Shown here one piece after another: positions 18,626 to 26,981 of a stretch of 30,071 nt of DNA. The stretch is taken from contig JAHPZE010000040.1 in NCBI GenBank assembly GCA_019058365.1, forward strand, positions 1 to 30,071, in the 5' to 3' direction. The position numbers were made by a program, and so were the translations under genes. The stretch's first letter is position 1, and each line of letters begins with the position of its first letter. Under the pieces are notes generated by a model that ran no database searches, had not been told where the DNA came from, and worked only from the letters and a program-made list of their open reading frames with translations. The DNA comes from Promethearchaeota archaeon (GTDB lineage: Archaea; Asgardarchaeota; Lokiarchaeia; Sigyniarchaeales; SOKP01).

Positions 18626-19726
18626 ATGTCAGATGAACGCGAACCTCATGAGGAAGATAGTGATAAATCAATCGTTGATGCTTTGTCAACACTCGGCTGG
18701 GTCGAGGAAACTGAAGAAGAAGAAGTAATTTTAGACACTGATGATAACTTAAAAGAACAACTCAAATTTTTTATGGAAGAAAATAAAAAATTACTTGGAA
18801 AAATCCATGAAAAAAATGAAAAAATGCAGAATTTAGAAGAGAGCATCCAACAGTTATCTCAAAAAGCAGAACAAAAAGCTGTTCAAGGACAAGCTATTCA
18901 AAAATTATACGAAACGATTGAGAATAAAAATGATGAAATTGAAAATTTAAATTCTACTCTTAATGAGCAATCTACAAAATTAAATAACATTATTAATGAT
19001 CAAATTGAAAAAATAAAAGATTTAACAACCCAAATTGAACAAGTTCAATCAAAACAAACTGAAAACCAAGATATAGTTAATAAATTAGATGAAAAAGAAA
19101 TTTTGATCAATGAATTAAAAGAACAATTGCAATTTCTTGAAAATGACTCAATTCAAAAATCAAAATTTGAAAAACTTGAAGTTCTATTAGAAAAAAAAGA
19201 TGAAATTATCACAGAAAAAGAAAAAGAAATTTTTGCTATTGAGAATGATGTAAAAACTGCGAAGCAAAAGATACATGATCTCCAACAACAAATTGAAACA
19301 TTCAATTTAGTCAAAAAGGATCTTGAGAAAAAAGTAGAGAGAAATAAATCATTAGTTGTAGAAATTGAAGAGTTAAAACAAAAAAATATTACCAACCAAG
19401 AAATAATTGAACGTCTTGAAGAAAAATTAGAAGATGCACACAAAAAATCCGGAAATCTCATGGGAAAATTTGAAATGGAATTAGCTAATCTTCGGAGTAT
19501 GTTAGATGATAAACAAGACGAAATTAAAAATCTAGAAGGAGCAGCTTCAAAATTTCAAGATGATTCACAAGAATTACGACAACTAAAAGAGAAACATTCA
19601 GAAGAAATTCAAAAGGTTATAGATGAAAAAATGATACTTAGATCTGATCTTGAGCAAAAAGATAATGAGATTATCGAATTAAAAAAGAAAATCAAGTTAA
19701 TGAGACGGGATCTTCAAAGAATTTAA
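18626..19726 (+). CDS. Long coiled-coil protein with an acidic N-terminus
   Basis: About 320 aa of E/K/Q/L heptads without Pro; AAGGTG upstream of the ATG. Confidence 0.8.
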   Translation: MSDEREPHEEDSDKSIVDALSTLGWVEETEEEEVILDTDDNLKEQLKFFMEENKKLLGKIHEKNEKMQNLEESIQQLSQKAEQKAVQGQAIQKLYETIENKNDEIENLNSTLNEQSTKLNNIINDQIEKIKDLTTQIEQVQSKQTENQDIVNKLDEKEILINELKEQLQFLENDSIQKSKFEKLEVLLEKKDEIITEKEKEIFAIENDVKTAKQKIHDLQQQIETFNLVKKDLEKKVERNKSLVVEIEELKQKNITNQEIIERLEEKLEDAHKKSGNLMGKFEMELANLRSMLDDKQDEIKNLEGAASKFQDDSQELRQLKEKHSEEIQKVIDEKMILRSDLEQKDNEIIELKKKIKLMRRDLQRI

Positions 19727-19794
19727 TAATAACAAAAAATTTCGAGAGATTTTTAAAGAATTTAAAAAAAGAATAAAAAATAAAAATTATAAAC

Positions 19795-20802
19795 TTATTT
19801 TTCGCGCCACTCAACGCCACATTCCCCACAACGGTATTTTTTACCGTACATACGTGGGTAATCGAGAATGATATTCCCTTTATCAACACTCTCATGAATC
19901 ATGAGAGGGTTTTCATTACCACATTCAGGACACTTCCTACGTCCATCTATATGCTCAACTGTTAAGATAGAAGCATCAGTTTTTCCGGGTATTCCAGGAG
20001 CTGCTCCTGAAGCTCTAACTTCAGAAATTTCTTCTTTTACTTCTTTTGGAGATACTTCTTCAACCTTTGATTTAAATTCTGGTTGGATCGCTTTCGCAAT
20101 TCTGTCATCTTCATCTTCTCCTTCTAATACTGATTCTGCTTTTAGTTGTACGGCGTCAGACTCCTTATAATTTTCTCCTTTGCCTAAAGCAGCTATAAAT
20201 TCAGTGTCATCACCCTCTTCAAAGATTGTTTCTTGTTGCAAACCAGCTCTTTCAGCATCTATAGAACGTGCCCATTGTCCAGCTTTAACTTTTTCAGTAG
20301 TAGTACATGCATTTCCTTGCCAGATATAAACTTTATTTCCTAAATCGGCAACATAACAATCTTCTGAGTCTAAGGACTCTCTTTTAAAGGGAACTTGAAT
20401 CATTTTCATGGCATTGATATCCTCAAATTCTTCTGAGGAAACGCGATAAAGCACATTTTTCCACTCATTAAATTGTGCGAAATCTCCAGTTGTGACATCT
20501 TTAAGTAGTGTTTTTGCATAATTTTTCTCGACAATTTTCATTGCTCCCATAGGATTTATTGCCTTAAGGAATTCTTTTGGTTCTTGTCCTTGATCTACCG
20601 TGATTATCTTTGCTGCTCCTCCACGTTGTTGATCGAGTGTTCTTGCTTGAGCAGCACCAGCAGTTTTTTCATCTACTGAGCATTTATTCCCAATCCATAT
20701 GTAAATTGTTTTCTCATCATCTAATAAATAAACATCCCCGCTTGAAAAGATTAGCTTATTGATTTCCTTTAAATTTCCTTGGTCAATCATAAAAAGTTTC
20801 AA
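19795..20802 (-). CDS. Two-domain gelsolin-like protein with an acidic linker and C-terminal Zn ribbon
   Basis: Two gelsolin repeats (SGDVYLLD...IYIWIG...EK..QGQEP.EF and SEDCYVAD.G.KVYIWQG...EK...EEGDD.EF), then CPECG...CGECG. TTG start. Confidence 0.9.
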   Translation of the reverse strand: MKLFMIDQGNLKEINKLIFSSGDVYLLDDEKTIYIWIGNKCSVDEKTAGAAQARTLDQQRGGAAKIITVDQGQEPKEFLKAINPMGAMKIVEKNYAKTLLKDVTTGDFAQFNEWKNVLYRVSSEEFEDINAMKMIQVPFKRESLDSEDCYVADLGNKVYIWQGNACTTTEKVKAGQWARSIDAERAGLQQETIFEEGDDTEFIAALGKGENYKESDAVQLKAESVLEGEDEDDRIAKAIQPEFKSKVEEVSPKEVKEEISEVRASGAAPGIPGKTDASILTVEHIDGRRKCPECGNENPLMIHESVDKGNIILDYPRMYGKKYRCGECGVEWREK

Positions 20803-20912
20803 TTATATCAACCTTTTTTTTTTAAAATTACGTTCTTGTTTTTTAAAAAAATCTTATTTCTAACTATTTTATAAATTTAGATAATATATATGTATTTATC
20901 TTTAGACTTACT

Positions 20913-22289
20913 TTAAAAATCATTAAGAGCTAAATCTATTCTTTTTACTAATTCTGGTATTTTACTAATATCTATAGAACAATAAGCAATACGTACACCG
21001 TTTATATTTTCATCTAATTTTTCGATTGGTATAATACCTACTTTATATTTATTTAATAAGTGATTTGCGAATTCTGGTGCTTTAATTTTATCAGGATTCA
21101 AATTTACAAAAACAAAAAATCCACCTGAATTAGGGTCAATAGATATATCTGGATTTTTTATTTTTTTTAACTCAAAATTAATACTCTCATACCTCTCTTT
21201 AAGTAACTTCTTTACTTGGTCTCTTGATTTGATGATTTGTTCCATACTATTCTCCTGAAAAAGTTTATCGACGAGTACTTGGTAAAAACTGTTACAATTT
21301 GATATTGCTGCGCGAATAAATCCTTCTAGTTTATTATTTATCTCTTCCTTTAATTTTTGTAATTGGTCATCATTATCTATCCAAGATGGTTTTAATCCAA
21401 GAGTGATAAAACCGATTCGCCCACCATATAATAAGAGCTCTTTAGTAATACCATCTAATTTAATTGGAATTATATTTTCATCTAATTGGTGAAGATCATA
21501 GAAAATAGACTTGCTCAAAACATCATCTTTATAAACATATGGCTCATAGGCGTCATCAACCAATACGATTATAGGTTTCTCAAGGGTTCTTTGACTATCT
21601 TTTAACATCTTAATGAGATTGGAAGCCTCTTCTTTTTTAGGAACATATCCCGTAGGGTTATTTGGAAAATTCAGTAGAATTACAACTTTATCTTGAATTT
21701 CAGCAACTTCATTAATCGCAGTTTTCATTCCATTAATATTCATCTCACTATTTTTAAAGAATTCAAATGTTCGAGTTTTTGCTCCAATAAATTTGTTAAT
21801 TATATTATCATAATTACCCCATCTCTTATTTGGCATGATAATATACTCGTTTGGATTTAAAAACATTACACAACCTTGAAAAATTCCATTTGTAACTCCT
21901 CCTGTGATTACTGGAGTTGTTATATATTTAGTTAATCTAGATAAAAGAGATTCATCTTCTTCTCCATATAATGATTTTTTGATTATCCAATCTTTCCAAA
22001 TTTCTCTTGTTTCAAGTAAACCACCAATAGAAGGATATGGTATGATCTCTTTGACAGAGAATCGAGAATATTTTGGAATTTCTTTGAGATAACATGGTAG
22101 CCAATCGGAATTTCCCCCATCAATGAAATCTTTTTCAAATCCATAAGCAGATCCTAAAGTTCCAATTATTTCTGCCTCTTTTTTTGCTCTTCCAGCCCAA
22201 TAGAAGATTCCCTCCGGTAGAAAAATCCTCTTTCCGATTTCTGATAAGGTATTGTATAAGGGGGTTCTTTGTATAATGTCAAATTTCAT
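20913..22289 (-). CDS. PLP-dependent class I/II aminotransferase
   Basis: NFPNNPTGY, DDAYEPY, DGITKE (PLP lysine), GGRIGF and a C-terminal RIAY. Confidence 0.9.
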   Translation of the reverse strand: MKFDIIQRTPLYNTLSEIGKRIFLPEGIFYWAGRAKKEAEIIGTLGSAYGFEKDFIDGGNSDWLPCYLKEIPKYSRFSVKEIIPYPSIGGLLETREIWKDWIIKKSLYGEEDESLLSRLTKYITTPVITGGVTNGIFQGCVMFLNPNEYIIMPNKRWGNYDNIINKFIGAKTRTFEFFKNSEMNINGMKTAINEVAEIQDKVVILLNFPNNPTGYVPKKEEASNLIKMLKDSQRTLEKPIIVLVDDAYEPYVYKDDVLSKSIFYDLHQLDENIIPIKLDGITKELLLYGGRIGFITLGLKPSWIDNDDQLQKLKEEINNKLEGFIRAAISNCNSFYQVLVDKLFQENSMEQIIKSRDQVKKLLKERYESINFELKKIKNPDISIDPNSGGFFVFVNLNPDKIKAPEFANHLLNKYKVGIIPIEKLDENINGVRIAYCSIDISKIPELVKRIDLALNDF

Positions 22290-22406
22290 AATTAATAGAA
22301 CACTTTTTAAAAATTATAAAGGAACTTATCTATGAATAAATAATTTTGGAACATAATTGAAATTTATTTACTGAATTTAAATATTAGAATGAATTAAAGA
22401 AAAAAT

Positions 22407-22871
22407 ATGAGTAATCAAAATAATTTTAACGATTCTGAAAAAGAAGACCAAAAACCTTTATTAAAAGGCTGGAAAAATTTCATTGATGGCGCTAAGGATG
22501 GGTTTAATAAGTTTACTGCTTCTTTAGAAAAACAAGCAAAAACAAATGAAGAATTTTGGGAAGAAAACAAAGAAAAAGTCGATGGGTTCTTTAATAAAGT
22601 AAAACAAGAATGGGATAACAAATTAAAGCAATGGAATACTGAGATGGAACAACGCAATTTAGAAACAAAAGAACAATGGGACACTCGTAAATCAAAAATT
22701 CAACAAGATATAAAAAATTGGCAGGAAAAAACTCAACAAGATTGGAAAGATGGTGTAAAGTCTTTTAGAAAAGGATTTTTTAAAGCTTATTTCTGGTTTT
22801 TGCTGTTAACGATACCGATTCTGATAATAGTCATAATTGTATTAGCCGTCGTATTTAAGCTGTTTAGTTAA
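22407..22871 (+). CDS. Tail-anchored protein with Trp-rich 11-mer amphipathic helical repeats
   Basis: Approximate 11-residue periodicity (VKQEWDNKLKQ, TKEQWDTRKSK, TQQDWKDGVKS), then a single C-terminal TM helix. Confidence 0.75.
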   Translation: MSNQNNFNDSEKEDQKPLLKGWKNFIDGAKDGFNKFTASLEKQAKTNEEFWEENKEKVDGFFNKVKQEWDNKLKQWNTEMEQRNLETKEQWDTRKSKIQQDIKNWQEKTQQDWKDGVKSFRKGFFKAYFWFLLLTIPILIIVIIVLAVVFKLFS

Positions 22872-22938
22872 TTATCTTTTAGAACTTTCTTAAAACCAAG
22901 TTGCTATCTTTATAATTTATTTTAATTCTCTTTTTATC

Positions 22939-23592
22939 ATGATTGAAATTTTTACAATATCCTTCCTAGTAGCTCTTACGGGGGCATTAACCCCTGGACC
23001 TTTATTGACGTTTACTATATATAAATCTATTAAACAAAAAAGAGGTTATATTTCGGCAATTTTTATTCTTTTAGGGCATGCTACAATTGAATTTGCTTTA
23101 ATTATTGGATTGCTAGCAGGAGCATTACTTTTTTTTCAGAATATTATCTTCCTGACAACAGTCGGGGTGATAGGGGGGACTTTTCTACTAATTTATGGTA
23201 TTCTCGTAGTAAAAGACGTATATAAAACAAATTTTACCACAGATTTAGTTCAAGAAGATATTAAGGGTTTTAAAGGTAATAGTTATGTAGGAGGGATTGT
23301 TGTGAGTCTATCTAATCCATATTGGGAGTTTTGGTGGGCTTTTATTGGATTAGGGTTATTGATAAACTATCATGTAAGTTTTGCCAATCCTTTAGAATTA
23401 ATCTTATTTTTTCTTGGACATGAGTTAGGTGATTTTGTCTGGTATATTCCGATATCAGTCTTCGTGTATCTCGGTGGAAAATCCTTGAATCCTAAAATTT
23501 ATAAATATGTTTTAATAATTTGTGGCGTTTTTATGGTAATTTTCGGTATGTATTTAATAGTGAATATTATTATCTTTCCTCCAGGTGTATGA
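22939..23592 (+). CDS. LysE-family translocator
   Basis: ALTPGP, G...G....LGHA..E, SLSNPYW; multiple TM helices. Confidence 0.85.
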   Translation: MIEIFTISFLVALTGALTPGPLLTFTIYKSIKQKRGYISAIFILLGHATIEFALIIGLLAGALLFFQNIIFLTTVGVIGGTFLLIYGILVVKDVYKTNFTTDLVQEDIKGFKGNSYVGGIVVSLSNPYWEFWWAFIGLGLLINYHVSFANPLELILFFLGHELGDFVWYIPISVFVYLGGKSLNPKIYKYVLIICGVFMVIFGMYLIVNIIIFPPGV

Positions 23593-23648
23593 TTTAGCAA
23601 TTAATTTGGATTTCTTACTAAGTTACGAATTAAAAAAAATTAGTATGT

Positions 23649-25700
23649 TCAATATTGCTCAAATTCATGATCTTCTTCATTCTCAAAGAGATCTGAATGA
23701 GGCTCAAGAAAATTATTTTGGCACATTGGACATGAGTTATATTTCGAAAGCCAAAATGCAACGCATAAATAATGATATGTACTTCCACAGAAAGGACAAG
23801 TAATCACCTTATCATCAGCAAAATTTATATATTTATGACAAACTGTACATTGAACATCAGATTTTGATATACCCTTTCTTATTTTCACTCTATTTGCAAG
23901 GATCGTTTCCAATTTTGATACTTCTACTTGATAAAGACCTAAAGAATTACTTAATTGATTAATTTTAGATTTTATCTCTGAAATTCTTTCTTTTAATTCT
24001 TCTTCACTTAATTTCTCTGCAAGAAAGGAAGATAATGCAAAGTTAAGAGGTAATCCCTCGAAATTTTCTGTTTGCTCGGTAATTTCAGTAATTGTGGCAA
24101 ACAGAATTCCCTCTTTTTCAATTAATTCTTTAAAGCTTTTAAATAATTTGTTCAGAAGAAGTGATATAAGAAACGTTAACTGTTGTTTTTTACGATTTAA
24201 ACTCTCTTCCCAAAATTTAATGACTTGATATATATCAATATCATTTGATTTCATAGAATTCAATTTCTTAAAAACATCATCTTTAATTTTTTGGATTTGT
24301 TGATAGTAATCATTTAAAATCTCTTTAATTCTTTTTAATTGTGGAAATTCTTCCTTAATTATTAGAGATGCCTCATCCTCGTAGGATCTGATTAAATCAT
24401 TAACTTCTGAGATTTTATCAGACACAAACTTTCTTATTTCAACTCGTAATTCCTCATCTTTTACGGTTTTAATAAAAGAGAGATATTCATTTTTTCTACG
24501 AAAGATTTCAGAGGTTAAATTTGAAAAAATCTTTCGCAATCCAACTGTAATATTTTCATAAGGATTGAGAAGAGGCTCAATGCGTAATGCCCAATCTTCA
24601 ATATCATAAAGTATTGAAGAAAAACTATCAATTTTCTGGTAATAAAAATTAGTAATTTCTTCAAATTTATCTGTTTCCATTACATTGTGTATTTTCTCTT
24701 GGAATCCTTTTTCCAAGCTAACAATATAATAGTCAACTATTTTTGGTAGAAATTCACTAATTTTTTGATCTTTTAAAGTTTTTAAATTGATACTCAAATC
24801 CTTTTCTTTTAAATTTAATTCCTCAATTTCAATAATAATTTCATGTAATTTATCTATAATTAACTGTGTAAGTAGAGGAAGTATGAAATCCGTTAAATTT
24901 TGTATTACTTCTTTCCTTTCAAGTATATTAATGAATTCTTCTCCTTGATATGGCTCAAAAATGTTATTTAAATACAACAGATAAATTAAATCAGAATAAA
25001 AATTAATTTTGCTATCATCTTTTGAGAGAAAAAATTGATAAATATCATCAAAATGAAAAGTCAAAATCTTCTCAGTTTTATCTTTTTTTCTTTTGCTTAA
25101 GAATACCTCATTTAAACTATTAACAAAAATAACAAGTTCTTTTAATTCATTCCAGTCCTCTAAAGCATGAGGAATATCATTTAATTTAAAATTTAAATTT
25201 TTAATTCTGTTAATTTCTATCCATAATTTCGTAGTATCTTCTTGAATAGTTTTAATCTCTTTAATAGATTCCTGCAGTTTAGAACCCAGATGGGTACTAT
25301 CCATAAGAAGATCTTCTATTCGTTTTAATGATTCCTCTAAGAGAGTAGTATTTTTTGTTATTCTTTTAATATTTCTTATATTTGAGTTAAGATTCTGTAA
25401 ATTATCAGTTATAACTTTTAATTCATTCAATATTTCTGTTTTTAAATAAAAAAAATCTGAACTTGTGGTAGATAATAAATAGTGTTCTGTAAAATTAGTT
25501 ATGTCTTTTAAATAAGTTGAATATTGATCTAATAATTCAATAGAAAGGTTTAACTTTGATTTTACATAGGTATCAATCTTATCTTCCCCACCGTCTTCAA
25601 CTTTAAGCTTTCCAAGTGTATCTTTAATTTCTAAAATCTCATCTTTATTAAAACTAAGGATTTCTCTAGTTTCATCAAAGGTGTTATTTGAAAAATTCAA
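23649..25700 (-). CDS. Large helical protein with a C-terminal C4HC3 RING finger (putative E3 ligase)
   Basis: CTVC...CPFC....H..C...W......CPMC near the C-terminus after about 600 aa of helical/coiled-coil sequence; AGGT upstream of the TTG start. Confidence 0.8.
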   Translation of the reverse strand: MNFSNNTFDETREILSFNKDEILEIKDTLGKLKVEDGGEDKIDTYVKSKLNLSIELLDQYSTYLKDITNFTEHYLLSTTSSDFFYLKTEILNELKVITDNLQNLNSNIRNIKRITKNTTLLEESLKRIEDLLMDSTHLGSKLQESIKEIKTIQEDTTKLWIEINRIKNLNFKLNDIPHALEDWNELKELVIFVNSLNEVFLSKRKKDKTEKILTFHFDDIYQFFLSKDDSKINFYSDLIYLLYLNNIFEPYQGEEFINILERKEVIQNLTDFILPLLTQLIIDKLHEIIIEIEELNLKEKDLSINLKTLKDQKISEFLPKIVDYYIVSLEKGFQEKIHNVMETDKFEEITNFYYQKIDSFSSILYDIEDWALRIEPLLNPYENITVGLRKIFSNLTSEIFRRKNEYLSFIKTVKDEELRVEIRKFVSDKISEVNDLIRSYEDEASLIIKEEFPQLKRIKEILNDYYQQIQKIKDDVFKKLNSMKSNDIDIYQVIKFWEESLNRKKQQLTFLISLLLNKLFKSFKELIEKEGILFATITEITEQTENFEGLPLNFALSSFLAEKLSEEELKERISEIKSKINQLSNSLGLYQVEVSKLETILANRVKIRKGISKSDVQCTVCHKYINFADDKVITCPFCGSTYHYLCVAFWLSKYNSCPMCQNNFLEPHSDLFENEEDHEFEQY

Positions 25701-25816
25701 CTTGATTTTACCTGTTATTAGCGTTAAGTATCTAATAATTAGTAAGCTTTTTTACAATAAATTCTTATTGGTTAAAGGTAGATCGTTTGAAATATAAGAG
25801 CTATGAGTTTGAGCAA

Positions 25817-26437
25817 TTATTCTCCCGTTTCTTTAATCTCAAAAAATTTCTCTTTAGATCCTTCAACTGTTATAGTTAAAAGGTCTATTCCATTTCCGGT
25901 CATAGCATCTCGTTTAATTGAATTTCTAATTGCTTTCTCAACAAGTTTCTCACCTTGTGCAACTGTCATATCTTTTTTATATTCTGCTTCTAAAATACCA
26001 ATAGAGAGTAACATTCCTGTTCCAGCAGTTCCGTAATCATCTTCCATAAGTGAACCAAGTGCATCGAGTGTGTACAATTTGGGTCCATCTTTATCCATTC
26101 CAGCTATCACCAAATTTGTATATAACGGAGCCATTTTACGCGAGTAAAGGTAATTTGAAACCATCTTACCCATACTTTTTGTTGAGATTCGCTCTCCTGT
26201 CTCTAATTCGTAGAGATTAGCTTGCGCTCGTAAAATTCTTACAAGAATTTGAAAATCTCCAATTAAACCATATGCAGCTAAACCTATGTGTTCTGTAATT
26301 TTAAACACTTTTTGTGTTGATTTATTTGTAACTGTATAGCCCCATGTGGCTCGACGGTCGTTTCCAAGCACAACACCATCTTTACATTTGATAGCTACTC
26401 CTACAGCCCCGGGGACCATAATCTGCTGTTCCGACAT
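25817..26437 (-). CDS. psmB: Proteasome beta subunit, probably non-catalytic (Thr1 replaced by Ala)
   Basis: DGVVLGNDRRAT, KVFKI, GLIGDFQ, LVIAGMD, LDALGS, AGTG, RDAMTGNGID. The N-terminus reads PG-AVGV instead of G-TTTV. GAGGA upstream of the ATG. Confidence 0.93.
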   Translation of the reverse strand: MSEQQIMVPGAVGVAIKCKDGVVLGNDRRATWGYTVTNKSTQKVFKITEHIGLAAYGLIGDFQILVRILRAQANLYELETGERISTKSMGKMVSNYLYSRKMAPLYTNLVIAGMDKDGPKLYTLDALGSLMEDDYGTAGTGMLLSIGILEAEYKKDMTVAQGEKLVEKAIRNSIKRDAMTGNGIDLLTITVEGSKEKFFEIKETGE

Positions 26438-26514
26438 TTTAATCCTCTTAAAATCTAAATTATTGAATTAATAAGTTATATTTTGATAATATAAATAATC
26501 AAAATTAATTAAAA

Positions 26515-26681
26515 TTTTTCTTTTAAATTATAAAATTTTACCTTTTTCCCCTAAAAATCCAACTTTTTCATTCCCATACTTAACTTATCGTTGATAATAT
26601 TTCAATCGACCCTATAATCTCCAGATTAAAATTAATTTTTGCTTCTTAATTTGATTATGCCTTAATTCATATGATCAAATA
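26515..26681 (+). repeat. Direct repeat copy A (~167 bp)
   Basis: Aligns with 29305-29471 at an offset of 2790. The core 26601-26681 has 6 mismatches in 81 nt and includes the exact 24-mer ATCTCCAGATTAAAATTAATTTTT. Confidence 0.9.
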
Positions 26682-26981
26682 GATTCAAATTCAATGATGC
26701 TAAGAACTGGAAAGAATTTCGATTTATTTCACTTTACTCAATCTATATCGAAATTAACTATTATTTTGTCTTGAAAATTCTAATATGTTTTCCAGTATTA
26801 GAATATTTTTATCCAAATTGAAGAACTCTTTCAAAAGTTTGATGTGTATTATATATTTCCATATTCTACTAATATTATTATCTGAATTATCAAAAATATT
26901 TAAATATTAAGGCAGGATTATTAATTATAAAAAATTTTTTATACATTTTTGGGATAATCCAAAATATTCAAGTAAATTTGA

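Noticed and set aside
26515-26681. Direct repeat considered as an integron attC site, tRNA-derived att site or IS end
   Set aside because: No RYYYAAC...GTTRRRY pairing, cloverleaf or terminal inverted repeat is recognisable, and there is no recombinase nearby.
26690-26870. Short minus-strand reading fragments and a 9-bp inverted repeat (ATTCTAATA-10 nt-TATTAGAAT, 26777-26804)
   Set aside because: Too short and AT-rich to support a pseudogene or operator call.
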